Assembly: GCF_009914755.1 (NCBI RefSeq)
Contig: NC_060929.1
DNA length: 64,000 nucleotides
Direction: 5' to 3' (one strand)
Origin: the human T2T-CHM13v2.0 reference genome, Homo sapiens
Shown here: positions 40,925 to 54,841 of the stretch, piece by piece
Position numbering within the stretch: the stretch's first letter is position 1
How the letters are laid out: each line of letters opens with the position of its first letter
Translations under genes and position numbers: made by a program
Notes under the pieces: generated by a model
The model's database searches: none
What the model saw: only the letters and a program-made list of their open reading frames with translations
What the model was told of the DNA's origin: nothing

Positions 40925-43900
40925 TCTATACTTTTTGGACATTTGTATGGATTCTTTTGAGAAATGACTATTCAGATCTTTTGCCCAATTTTTAGTAGAT
41001 TATTTGAGTTTTTTGCTGGTGAGTTGTTTCGGTTTCTTGCATACTCTGTGTTTTACTGTAATGCCTCAAGCTTTGCTCTTTTTGTTTAGAATTGCTTTAG
41101 CTATTCAAGGTCTTTTGTGGTTCCATATAAATTTTAAGATTTTTTGTATTTCCATGAAAAATGTAATTGATATTTTGATAGGGATTGCACTAAATCTGTA
41201 TATTGCTTTGGGTAGTGTTGCTATTTTAACAATATTAATTCTTCGAATTCATGAGCATGGAATATATTCCCATTTTTGTATCATCTTTAGTGTCTTTCAT
41301 CAGTGTTCTATAGATTTTTTGGATAGATTTTTCATTTCTTTGGTTAAATTGATTCTTTGGTATTTTATATTCCTTGTAGTTATTGTAAGTGGGATTACTT
41401 TTTAATTTTTTTCATAATGCTTGGTATTGGCATATGTAAATGCTACTGATTTTTGTATGTTGATTGTGTATCCTGCAGCTTTACTGAATTTATTGATCAG
41501 TTCTAATAGTTTTCTGGTGGAATCTCTAGGATTTTCTAAGTATAAGATCATGTAACTGCAAACAAGTTTAATTTGACTTATTTTCCAACTTACATGCCTT
41601 TTATTTCTTTCTGCTGCCTAATTGCTCAGTAGGGACTTCCTGTATTATGTTAAATATGAGTGGAGAAAGTGAGTATCTTTGTTTTGTTCCAGATCTTAAA
41701 GGAAAGGCCTTCAAATTTTCCCCTGTTCAGTTTGATGTTAGTTGTGGGTTTGTCATATATGGCCTTTATTATTTTGAGGTATGTTCCTTCCATATCCAGT
41801 TTGATGAGGTTTTTTTAATCATAAAAGGATGTTGAATTTTATGAATGCATTTTAAGTATCTATTGAAATAATTATTTGTTTGTTTTGGTTCTGTAAATGC
41901 AATGTATTATGTTTATTGATTTGTGTATGTTGAACCATTCATGCAACCCTAGGATTAATCCCACTTGATCATGGTGAATGGTCTTTTTAATATTTTGTTG
42001 AATTTGGGCTGCTAGTATTTTCTTGAAGATATTTGCATCTATATTCATTAGGGATACTGGCCTGTAGTTTTTGTATCTTTGTTTGGTTTTTGGTTTCAAG
42101 GTATTGCTGGTCTCAGAATGAGTTGGGAAATATTCCCTCCTCTTCAATTTTATAAAATTTTGAGTATAATTGGTATTAGTTCTACTTTAAATGTTTGGTA
42201 GAATGCAGCAGTGAAGTCATTGGGTCCGGGGCTTTTTAAAATTATGGTTTGATCTTACTACTCATTTGGTTTGTTGAGATTTTCTACTTAGTGGTTCAAT
42301 TTTGGTAGTTGTATGTGTACAGACATTTACTCATTTTTTCCCTAAGTTTGCATAGAGTTGTTTGTAATATTCTTTCATGATTATTTGTATTTCTGTGGTC
42401 TCAGTTGTTACGCCTCCTTTTTGTTACTGATTTTATTTATTTAGGTCTTGTCTCTTTTTTCCTAGTCTAGCTAAATATTTGTTGATTTTGTTCATCTTTT
42501 CAATAAGACAACTTTTCATTTAATTGATCTGATGTGTTATTCTTTTGGCCTCAATTTTATTTATTTCTGCTCTGGCCTTTATTATTGATTCCTTCCAATT
42601 TTGGGTTTGGTTTGTTCTTACTTTTCTGGTTCTTTGAGGGGTATGACTAGGTTGTTATTTAAATCTTCCTGCTTATTTGATATAGGCATTTATTGCTATA
42701 AACCTCCCTCTCAGTATTGCTTTGCTATATCTCATAGATTTGGGTATTCTGTAGTTTTATTTGTATTTATTTCAAGAAATTCTTATATTTTGTTCTTAAT
42801 TTCTTCATTGACCCATTTACCATCCATGAACATGTTGTTTAATTTCCATGTGTTTGTGTAGTTTCTGAGGTTCCTCTATTATTCACTTCTATTTTTTTTC
42901 CATTGTGGTTAGAAGATATTTTTGATATGATTTCTACATTTTTGAATTTGTATAGACTTGTTTTGGTGCCTCAGCTATTATCTGTTCTGGGGAATGTTTC
43001 ATGTGCTGATGATAAAAAATGTTTATTCAGCAGCAGCTGAGTGAAATGTTCTTTAAATGCCAATTATGCCTATTAGATCTAGTGTGTAGTTTGTGTCTGA
43101 AGTTGATTTTTTGTCTGAATAATCTGTGTGTTACTTAGAGTGGGGGTGTTAAAGTCCCCTACTATTACTGTATTGCAGTCTGCCTTTGCCTTTAGGTCTA
43201 TTAATGTTGCTGTTTATATGTAGAGTTCTAGTGTTGGGTGTGTAGATATTTATAATCATTATTGACTCCAGCTGAATTGACCTCTTTATGATGATATTGT
43301 GACTTCTTTGTCTCTTTTTTACAGTATTTGATATGTAGTCAATTTTATCTAATATAAGTATAAACTACTCCTGCTATTTTGTGGTGTATGTTTGCATAGA
43401 CTGTATTTTTCTGCTCCCTCACTTTTAGTCTATGTGTGTCTTTACAGGTGAAATGGGGTTCTTGTAGGCAGTACATGGTTGGGTCTTGTTTCTTTATCCA
43501 TTCGGCCACCCTAGGTTTTTAATTGAGTAATCACATCTATTTACATTCAGTTATTACTGATAACAAACTTACTATTGCCATTTTGTTGTTTGCTTTCTGG
43601 TTGTTTTGTAACTCTTCCCTTTCTTGTTCTTTCTTACTGTCCGTCTATGTGTTTTAATTCATTCATTGCTATGTTTTAATTCATTCATTGCTTTTTATTT
43701 TTAATGAATCTACTGTAGGTTTTTGTGTTACGGTTACCATGTGGCTTACAAAAATATTTTCTAAATATAGCAAGTTATTTTAAAGAGATGACAATTTATC
43801 ATAGCTAAAGAATAGAGACAAATAGAAAAATGGAAATTAAATTCTATATATTAACTCCACCCCCGACACATATATTTTGACATTTACCTGTCTCAATTTA

Positions 43901-44636
43901 TGAATTTTATATTACCTATCTCTTAATAAGCAGCTCTATATATTATTGTTTCTGATAGACTTGTTTGTTGGACTTCATACTAGAGGTATAAGTGATTTTC
44001 ACACTCTATTAGAGAGTTCTTGTTTTATCCATGTACTTTGTTTTACCAATGGATATTATACCTTCAATTTTTTTTGGACATTAGTGTTTTGTTTTTTTTC
44101 CCTCTCAGACTGAAGAGCTCAATTTAGTATTTCTTGTAAGATAGGTCTGGTGGTGGTGAATTCTCTCACCTTTTCTTTGTCTTGGAAAAACATTATCTCT
44201 CCTTCATATTTGAAGGATAACTTTGCTAGATACATTGTTTTGGGTGACAAATTTATTTCTTTCAGTAGTTTGAAAATGTCATTCCACTGGCTTCTGGACT
44301 GTATGATTTCATTGAGAAGTCTGTTGCCCGATGATTTGGAGCCCCTTTACATGTTATTTTCTTATTTGCTTTTGCCTCTTTTAGGAGTATCTTTTTGTCC
44401 TTGAGGTTTGAGAGTTTGATAATTTTATGCCTTTAGATAGTCTTATTTGGGTCCAAACTGTTTGGTGTTCTCTGACCTTCCTTTGCTGGATATGTATATC
44501 TTTCTCATGTTTTGGAAAGTTTTCTGTTATTATTTCCTTGAAAAGATTTCTACCCCTTTCTTTCTCTAAACTACATCTTGCACACCAATCATTCTTTAAT
44601 TTGGTCTTTTGAGGTAATTTTCTTTATCTTGTAGGC
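40925..44636 (-). mobile_element. Old L1 (L1M), ORF2 through ORF1, internally deleted, non-coding
   Basis: Remnant ORF 41872-42147 encodes [36 protein letters not shown] (L1 RT); many stops and frameshifts. Confidence 0.9.
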
Positions 44637-44885
44637 AATCTATTATAGATTTTTGTGTTGTGGTTTACCATGTTGCTTACAAAAAACATAGGCTCATTTT
44701 ATTATTTTGCATGTGGATATCCAATTTTCCCAACACCATGTATTGAAGAGACAATCTAGGGGCATATTTCTATTAAATATTGTACTAAAGCTATAGCTCA
44801 CTCTGGGTAGTATAGACATTTTAACAATAGTAATTCTTCTAATCCATGAACATAAGATACCTTTCAAATCCATGAACCCAGAGTT

Positions 44886-44924
44886 TGTGTGTGTGTGTAT
44901 GTGTGTATATACATATGTATACAC

Positions 44925-44969
<45 letters not shown>
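44886..44969. repeat. (TG)n/(TA)n microsatellite
   Basis: Directly visible. Confidence 0.95.
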
Positions 44970-44970
<1 letters not shown>

Positions 44971-45194
44971 TCACACATATTTAAATATATTTAATCAGTG
45001 TTTTGTAGTTCTCAGTGTACAGAATTTTCACCATCTTGGTTAAATTTATTCGTAAGTATTTTATTTTTTGATGTTATTTTAAATTGGATTATTTTCTTCA
45101 TATCTTTTAAATAGTTCCTGGTTTGTATATAGAAACCCAGCTAACTTTTATATTTTATTTTGTATTCTGCAGCTTTATTGGATTTATTTATTAG

Positions 45195-45282
45195 CTGATC
45201 TGATGACTATACATAGTATGCATCAAAATATCACTGTATACCCTATGGATATGTACAATTATTATTTGTCAGTTAAAAATGA
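45195..45282 (+). mobile_element. Short L1MA 3' terminus inserted antisense into L1
   Basis: CTGATCTGATGACTATACAT...ATATGTACAATTATTATTTGTCAGTTAAAAA. Confidence 0.7.
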
Positions 45283-48200
45283 TCCTAAAATTATCATTGG
45301 AGTACTTATGGTTTTCTAGGTATAAAAACATGTCATCTGAAAACACAGACAATTTTACTTCTTCTTTATTGATTGGAATGCCTTTATTACCTTTTCTTAC
45401 CTGTTTGATCTGGCTACAATACCAAGTACTATGTTGAGTGGAAGAGGTAAGAATTGGCATCCTTTTTTCTTCCTGTTCTTAGAGGAAAATATATCAACTT
45501 TTTACAGTTGAGTATAATGTTAGCTGTGGGCTTGTCAATATATGGCTGTTATTATGTTGAGTTAAATTTCTTATTTACCTAATTTGTTAAGAGTTTTTAT
45601 CACAAACTGATGTCAAATTTTGTAAAATACTTTTTCTTTGCATCTATTGAGATAATTATGATTTTTATCCTTTGCTCTTAATGTGATATATTACATTTAT
45701 TTATTTGTATAATCCTTAAATCACAGGAATAAATTATACTTGATTGTGGTGTATGGTTCTTTTAATATGCTGTTGAAATTGTTTTACCAGTATTTTGCTA
45801 AGGATTTTTGCATCTATATTCAAAGGAATATCAGCATATAATTTTTTTTCCTTGTAGTGTCCCTGTGTTGGTATCAGGATAATGTTAGCCTTGTAAAATG
45901 AGTTTAGAAGTGTTTCTTCATTCAATTTTTTGGAAGATTTTGAAAACGATTTTTCTTCTTTGAATGTTGGTAGAGTTCACCAGTGAAGACATATGATCCT
46001 GGGATTTTCTGTGTCAGAAGGTTTTATTTTTTATTACTGATTAAATCTCCTTACTAATTTTTGGTCTGCTCAGAATTCCTATTTCTTCATTTTTCAGTCT
46101 TGGTAATTTGTATGTTTCTAGGAACTTATCCATTTCTTCTAGGTTATGCAGCTTGTTGGCATATAATTGTTTATAGTAGTCCTTTAGGATCCTTTATATT
46201 TCTGGGTTATGATTCGTAGCGTCTCATCTTTCATTTATAATTTTATTTATTTTTGTCTTCTCTTATTTTAAGGTAACTTAATCAATTTTGTTGACTTTAA
46301 AAAAGAACTCTTAGTTTCACTTAATTTTTTCTATTGATTCTCTAATTTTTTATTTCTGCTCTAATCATTTCTCTCTTCTGCTAACTTTGGCTTAGTGTAT
46401 TCTATTTCTATTTATTTGAGGTATAACATTAGTTTAATTATTTAATATTTTTGTTTATGCAAGCGTTTATTACTATAAGATTCTCTCTTTAAACTGCTTT
46501 TGTTGCACTCTACAAGATTTGGTATGTTTTGTTTCCATTTTCATTTGTCTCAAGATTTTTTTTATTTCCCTGTTGACTTCTAGTTTCACCCAGTGGTTGC
46601 TCAGAAATGTGTTGTTTAAAATAAACGTATTTGTGAATTTTTAAATCATTCCTTGTTACTGATTTCTAGTTTCACATAATTGTGGCAGAAAGACACTTGA
46701 TATAATTTCACTCTTTCTAAATTTATTAAGACTTTTAACAGTTTATATTAAGGCAATATGAACTTTACTTCAATTGCATACAAATGCTCTTCACTTTTAC
46801 TTCTCTCCTCCTTCCCCATATTTTGTTACTGATATCCATTTTGCTTCTCATTATATTTAACATTATCAAATTATTTTAACTATAGTTACTTGAATACTTT
46901 TGTCTTTTAACTTTTACACTACAGCTAAAGGTGATATATGCACCCTTATTACGGTATTAGAGTATTCTAGATTTGACTATATACTTACCTTAACCAGTAA
47001 GTCTTATACTTTCATATTGCTAACTAGCACCCTTTTATTTCAACTTGAAGAACTCCCTTTAGTGTTTCTTATAAAGCATATTAGTGATGATGAACACCCT
47101 CAGCTTTTGTTTGCTTGGCAAGTCTTTATCTCTCCTTGATTCCTGATGGACATCTTTGCCAGGAAATATGTTCTTTGTTTGCAGGTTTAAAAAATAATTT
47201 AAGTTTGTGATTTGTCTATATTTTCACACGTTCTCCTGGCCTGCAATATTTCCACTAAAAAATCTGCTTATATTCTTATGGGTGTTTCTTTGCAGGTGAT
47301 TTACCTATTTCTCTTGCTGTTTTCAAAATGTTGTCTTTGTCCATTGACTTTTGACAATTAAATTGTAAGGTGTCTCAGTGAAGACTCTTTATGTTCAATC
47401 TATTTGAAGTTTTGGGAGCTTCATGGAACTTGATACCCATTTCTTTTTCCAGATTTTGGTAATTTTTATTTTGTTCTTTCTTTAAATAAGCCTCTACCCC
47501 TTTTATTTTATCTGTTTACTCTAGAAATCTTATAATGCATATATTGGTTACTTGATAGTGTCTCATATGTCTCATAGTCTTACTTCATTGCCTTTTATTA
47601 TTGTTTCTTTTTGTTCCTCTGACTAGATAATTTTGAATGATCTGTCTTTAAATTTGCTGATTCTTTCTTCTGCTTAATTAAGAGTTTTTAGCTCATTTAT
47701 TGAATTCTTCAGCTCCGAATTTCTATATGGTTCTTTTTTATAATTTATATCTCTTTGTTGAATCTCTCCTTTTGTTCATATATCGTTATCTCGATTTCTT
47801 TTGGTTGTCCTTTTGTGTCCTCACAGCACAATGAGCTTCTTAAGACCATTATTTTCATTCATTTTTCAGGTAATTTGCAGATCTCTATTTCTATGAGGTG
47901 AGCCACTGGGGCTTTATTTTGGTCTGTTTTAAATGTTCAAAAAATGTTAATGTTCCTTGAAGACTTACATTACTGTTTTGGCAATCCAAGAATTAGTCAC
48001 ACCTTCCAGTTTTTACTGATTGACTTTGAGAAAGAAACACTATTCTCTGTTAGTCCAGCTAGAGATTTGGAGAACCTCTCAGGTGTTTTATGTGGATGCA
48101 CCCACTGTACTATTCTTGTTCCCTTTTTGGATGAAAGTTCTAAGATTATGTGCCTTCTCTTGATCCCACTAGTCTAGACCGGGTGTCTCAAGCTTCCTGT

Positions 48201-51200
48201 TTATTTTTCTTAGGGACGTGCCCTGAGCACTCTAGGTTGTGCACCTTTTCCCAATCCAGGAGAGTCTAACTGGCTGCTGATATCTGTGTGCTATCTTCAG
48301 AGGCTAGCCTGTACTACCTGTGTGGGAGTGCACACCATCTGCAGGAGACGGTGGGGCACTAGCCATGGGTGGAGGGAACTGCTGAGGGCATATGTCAGCT
48401 GGTTAAGTAGATTCACAGTTGAGATGGGCCATGGAGTTTATGGGAATAACTCTTGATGGGTCTGAAAGTTGGTCAGTTGGATGTGAGGACATTTGTTTAG
48501 ATCTGTGCACCAGCTGCCATTAAGTCCCCTACCCTATTCTCTTCTCCTGACTTCTCCCAGGAGACTCAGTTATTCTGAATCCCTCAGTGTTTTGGGTGGG
48601 GTGAGACAGAAGTGGGCTTCCTAGGCATTGTCCATCAAGGCTGGGGAAACCAAGTCCTCACTTCACCTAAATTTTCCCCATGAGAGAAATTATGGGTCAA
48701 GGGGCTCTCTCTTGCCAGTGAGCTGTACTGCTTTGGGAAAAAAATGACATGGATAAAGTGAAACTGTTCTTATTCTCTCCCATATATCTATTATGTTTTT
48801 GTTTTGCTTTTTTCTCCACCGAGGTGTTGCTGCCTCTCAATTGGACTCCCGAGCTCCCATAAAGGTATTTTTGTCCATGAGTGGTTGTTAAAGTTGATGT
48901 TTATTGGAGGTTCGAAGGCTGGAATCTTCTATTTCATCATCTTCCTGATATCTGTCAGACACATTATTTAACAATATTACATACTGGCAATTTTCTCCTT
49001 CTGCTTTTCACTAAAGGAAATCATGATGTCAAAACTGTATGGCTGATGGTAGGGATTTCCAGCTTATGGACTGGCATGTAAGAAGCTTGGAAGGCACCAC
49101 TTTATTCTAATAAATAAAAAGCTGAAAAAACTGAAAACTCAACACCATTTTTCAGAGTTGTCAAAATAGTGAGGTCACAAGGTAAATTGCCCCCAAAACT
49201 GGAGAGAATGACAGGTGAATACAAGCAATTAGAATTTGTTGGAAAAAAATCCCTGCAGGAACCAGTGCCAAGGTAGATAAACTGTAATTATAAATGTAAT
49301 TGAGGAATTACTCAAGACTTAGTGTTGACAAGTCTGAGAAGTTAAAACTCCAGGGGGCCTAGTAATCAGGGAGCCCCCATACTTTGTGAGTGTTACCTCC
49401 TGGAACTCTATCAGATTTTAATACTAAATATTGAAGAAAAATCCTCTTGTGCTTCTGGCAGGGGTAGGTGACATGTAACTATTTTGAAATACCAGAGTAG
49501 ATTTTTTTCTTTTTGTCTCAGAGCCTGACTGACCGAGGAGAAAGAAAATACCCAATTCTATCTACTTGAAGATTTCAACATGGGACAAAGGAAATACCCA
49601 GCTTTGACACACTCAAGATATTCTGTCCCACTTGAAGTGGAAAAAGACTAAGAAGTTCATAGTCCAGAGCCACAGGCTCACTAAAATACTGACATCTAAT
49701 TATCGGAGGATATAATGCTTCTTTCCTCTTTACTCCCCAATCTTTAACACCACATTACTGAAGGCCTATTATTTACAACAGCTCTTTTTACCCAATAGAT
49801 CATGCCTAGTTATCAAGAAAATGTTTCAAGACATACTAAAAGTCAAAAAGCAATGTTTGAAGATAAAAAGCAAAGATCTGAACCAGATTCAGTTATGGCA
49901 GGGGTGTTAGAATTGTCTAACCAGGAATTTGAAACAACTATGATTAATGTGTGAAGGGTTCTAATGGAGAAAATAGACAGCATGCAAGAACAGATAGGCA
50001 GTGTAAACGGGAAAATTAAAACTCTAAGAAAGAAAAAAATGCTGAAGATTAAAATAAAAAAAAATCAACATTAGCAGACATGAGGAATGCCCTTAATGGG
50101 CTTATTTGAAGACTAGACAGTTAGAAAAAAACTTCCAAGCTTGGGGATATCTCTACAGAAACCTCCAGAACTAAAGACCAAATATAAGATTGAATGAAAA
50201 AAAGAACAGAACGCTTAAGGACTATGGGGCAAATACAAAAGTTGTAACATGTGTAATGAGAATAGCAGAAGAAAAAACAAGAAATAAAAGTTAAATTAGC
50301 AATATTTGAAAAATAATGACTGAGAATTTCTCCAAAGTAATGTCAGACATCAACCCACAGATCCAGGAAGCTCACAGAATACCAAGCAGGATAAATGCCA
50401 AAAATCTACATGCAGGCATATCATTTTCAAGCGATAGAGAATAAAAGATAAAGAAGAAGCCAGAAAGAAGCCAGAGGAACAAACCATGTTATCTGCAGAG
50501 AAAGAAATACAAGAATTACATCCAACAAAGAAGAGAGTGGAGTTAAATATTGTGTTAAAAGAAACAAATTGCCAACCTGCAGTTCTCTACCCTATAGAAT
50601 TATCCTTCAAAAGTGAAGAAAAATAAGACATTCTCTAACAAAAATTGGCAGAAATTTGTAGCCAGTAGACCTGCCTTATAACAAATGTTAAAAGTAAAAG
50701 AGTTCTCTAGAGAGGAGAAAAAAATATAGGTTAGAAACTCAGATCCACGTAAAGAAAGAAAGGGCATCACTGGAAGAATAATAAATGCAAAATAAAACTT
50801 GTATTTTTCTTAATTTAACAAATAATAGTTTATTCAAAATAATAACAGCAACAATGTATTCAATTATGTATTTTTATATATGTGTATGCTTATGTATAAG
50901 TTAATTCAATGGAAGAAATAATGCAAGGCACAAGGGGGAGAAATTAGGATTATTTTATTGTTATAAACAAGTCAACTGCCTTTGAAGGGGTATAGTGTTA
51001 TTTGAAAGTAGACTTGGGTTAGTTGTAAAAGTATCACAAGCTGGAACCACCACTAAAAGAGGTAAGAAAAATGTGTTCAGAAACAAGAGAAAATTGAATC
51101 ATATAAAATGCTAAAATAAAATGAAAACAGGCAGAAAAAAATTGGAGGATAAAAATAGTAATAAGAAACAGGGCAACAAATAGATTAAAATAACAAATGT

Positions 51201-51205
51201 TTTTT

Positions 51206-51313
51206 ATATATATATACATGCATATATATAAATATATATACAGCTATATATCTATATAAATATATATATAAATATATATAGATATATATATAAATATATA
51301 TAGATATATATAT
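51206..51313. repeat. (TA)n-rich low-complexity tract
   Basis: Directly visible. Confidence 0.9.
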
Positions 51314-51341
51314 GCAATTATTTTAATAATCACTTTAAAAA

Positions 51342-51641
<300 letters not shown>

Positions 51642-53892
51642 TAATCACTTTGAACATCAGTGGTCTCAATATGCAATTAAAAGACAGAGATTGTCAGAGT
51701 TAATAAAAAAAATACCTAACCATATAGTATGTACAAGAAACCTACTTTAAATATATAGAGTCATATAGATTAAAAGTAAATGCCAGGGGAAAGACAGACC
51801 ATGCTAATACTAATCAAAGGAAAGTGAGAGTAGTTATATTAATTTCAGGTAGAATAGATTTCAAAGCAAGGAAAGTTATCAGAAATAAAGAGAGGCATTA
51901 AATAATGATAAAGGGATTGATTCTTCAACAAGATACAACAATCTCTACCATGTATGCACCTAAAAACATTGTGTCAAAATACATGAGGCAAAAACTAATA
52001 GAACCTCAAGGATTAATTCACTATTGTAGTTGAAGACTTCGACATCCTTCTTTCAGAAATGAATAGATCCTGCACACATATAATTAGTAAGAACAGTTAA
52101 CCTCAATAAAATCATCAATCAACTAGATATAATTAACATCTATCAACTATTTCACAGAATATACAGTTTTCTCAAGCTCACGTAGAATATTCACCAAGAG
52201 AGAATACATTCAGAGTCATAAAACTCATCTTAACACGTTTTGAATTATATAAATTATATAATACCTGCTATCAGATTACAATAAAAATTAAACTAGAAAC
52301 CAGTAACAGAAAGAGTTGGAAAATGCCAAAATATGTATAGATTAAACAAGACACTTCTAAATGACACATGGGTTAAGAAAAAACCTCAAGAAGAATTTTA
52401 AAGTATTTTGTATTAAATACAAATAAAAACGCAAATGATCAAATTTTGTGTGATGTAATGAAAGGAGTGCTTAGAAGGAAATTTATAGTGTTGCCATATA
52501 TATTAGAGAAAAAACCCCCTGAAAATAATAATCTAAACATCCACATTAGGAAACCAGAAAAATAATAACATATTACATCTATAATGATTAGGGAAAAAAA
52601 CAGAAATTAGAGCAGAAATTAGTGAAATTGGAAACAATAAAGCAACAGAGAAAAGTTAATGAAATCAAAAGATAACTATGAAAGGAACAATAAAATCGAT
52701 AAGCCTCTTGTCAGGAAAAAAGAGGACACGGTTTACTAATATAACAAATCAAAGAGGAGATATCACTATGCATCTCATGGACATTCAAAGGATAATAAAG
52801 GAATAGTCTAAACGATTCTATGTCCACAAATTTGGTAACCTAGATAAAATGGACCAATTCTTTGAAAAACATAATCTGCCCAAATGCACACACCAAAAGT
52901 AGACAATCTGAATAGGTGTATCACTATTGATGAAATTGAATCAATAATTAATAATCTCAAACAGAAAATACCAGGTTTAGATGGATTCATGGGTATATTC
53001 TACCAAACATTAAAGGAATTAAATTATATCATTTTTTTAACAGTCTCTTCCAGGATACAGAAGCAAAGGGAATACTTCCTAACTTACTCTATAAGATGAG
53101 CATTACTGTAATGCCAAAACTAGACACAACATTACAGGAGAAGAAAACCAGAGACCAACATCTCCCATGAACTTAGAAGCAAAAATCTTAACAAAATGGA
53201 AATAAATGGAATCAAACACTATATAAAAATAATTATACATCATGACCAAGTGAGCTTTATTCCAGGTATGCAAAGCAGTTTCAACATTTGAAAATCAATG
53301 AATGAAATCCATCACATCAATAGGTAAAAAAAAAAAAAAGATACGGTCATATCAATAAATATAGAAAAAGTATTTGATGAAATCCAACAGCATTTCATGT
53401 TAAAAACTGTCGGTACCCTAGGAATGAGGAGAAAACCTTCTCAAATTGATGAAAATATCCTCAAAAAACCTTACAGCTAATATTGTAATTAATGGTGAGA
53501 AACTCAAAATTTTCCCACTAAGATCATGTACAAGGCATGGATGTCCCCTCTCATCACTGCTTTTCAATGTTGTACTGGAACTAGCTAAGGAATAAGAAAA
53601 GGAAATAAAAGAAATACACAGGCAAAAGACCCAGAATAGCCAACACAGTGTTGAAGGAGAACAAAGTTGGAGGATTGACACTACTTAACTTAAATCAAGA
53701 CTTACTATGAAGCTACAGTAATAAAGACATTGTGATTTTAGTGAAGGAATAGACAAGGAGATCAATGGAACAGAATAGAGGGCCCAGAAAGAGGCCCACA
53801 CAAATATAGTCAACTGATCTGATCTTTGAAAAAGGAATAAAGGAAATAAAATGGTGGAAGGAGTCTTTTCAGCAAATGATGTTGAAACTGGA

Positions 53893-53896
<4 letters not shown>

Positions 53897-53930
<34 letters not shown>
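53897..53930. repeat. (CA)17 microsatellite
   Basis: Directly visible. Confidence 0.97.
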
Positions 53931-53934
<4 letters not shown>

Positions 53935-54479
53935 ATAGCCATAGATTTTATACATTTCAGAAAACTCAACTCAATATGGATTAGAGACCTAAATGTAAAA
54001 TGCAAACTATAAAACTTTTAAGTGGTAATATAGGAGAAAAATCTACATGATGTTGGGTTTACCAATGACATTTTAGATGTAACATCAAAGGCTCTCAATG
54101 CAAGAAAGAATTGATACATTGGATTTCATTATAATGAAAAATTTTTGCTCATAAAATACACTGTCAAGAGAATAGAAAACCAAACCAGAGACTGGGAGAT
54201 GGGATTTGCAAAAGACACATTTCACAAAGGACTGTTATCCAAAATATTTAGAAGAAACTCTTAAAATTCAACTGTTTTAAGATAAGCTAAGCTAAGAAAA
54301 CAATCTTATTTAAAGATGACCAAAGACATTAACAAGCACCTCACCAAAGAACATATTTAGATGCTTAATAAGCATATAAAAAGATGACCCGCATCATATG
54401 TTATCAGAGAAATACAAGTTAAAGCAACAATGGGACACCTCTACCTCCCTATTAAAATGGCCAGAATCCAGAATACTGA

Positions 54480-54841
54480 TGGTATGATTTGGCTGTGTCC
54501 CCACCCAGATCTCATCTTGAATTGTAGCTCCCATAATTCCTGTGTCATGGGAGGGACCTGGTGGGAGGTAATTGAATCATGGAGGAGGATCTTTCCTGTG
54601 CTATTCTCATGATAATGAATAAGTCTCATGAAATCTGATGATTTTATAAATGGGAGTTCCCCTGCACATGCCCTATTGCTTGCCACCATGTAAGACATGA
54701 CTTTGCTTCTCATTCACCTTCAGCCATGATTGTGAGGCCTCTCCAGCCATGTGAAACTGTGAATCAATTAAAACTCTTTCCTTTATAAATTACCCAGGCT
54801 TGGGTATGTCTTTATTAGCAGCCTGAGAACAGACTAACACA
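54480..54841 (+). mobile_element. THE1B solo LTR nested in L1MC
   Basis: TTTGGCTGTGTCCCCACCCAGATCTCATCTTGAATTGTAGCTCCCATAATTCC...GGGTATGTCTTTATTAGCAGC...AGACTAACACA, 362 bp; 5-bp TSD ACTGA/GCTGA. Confidence 0.93.

Larger units (their letters stand above)
44690..48952 (-). mobile_element. Second old L1 (L1M) retaining its 5' end
   Basis: Remnant ORF 45734-45925 ([23 protein letters not shown]) and EEVKLSVFSDDMFLYLEN (RT F-x-DD motif); minus-strand start GATATCAGGAAGATGATGAAATAGAAG resembles L1M 5' termini. Confidence 0.85.
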
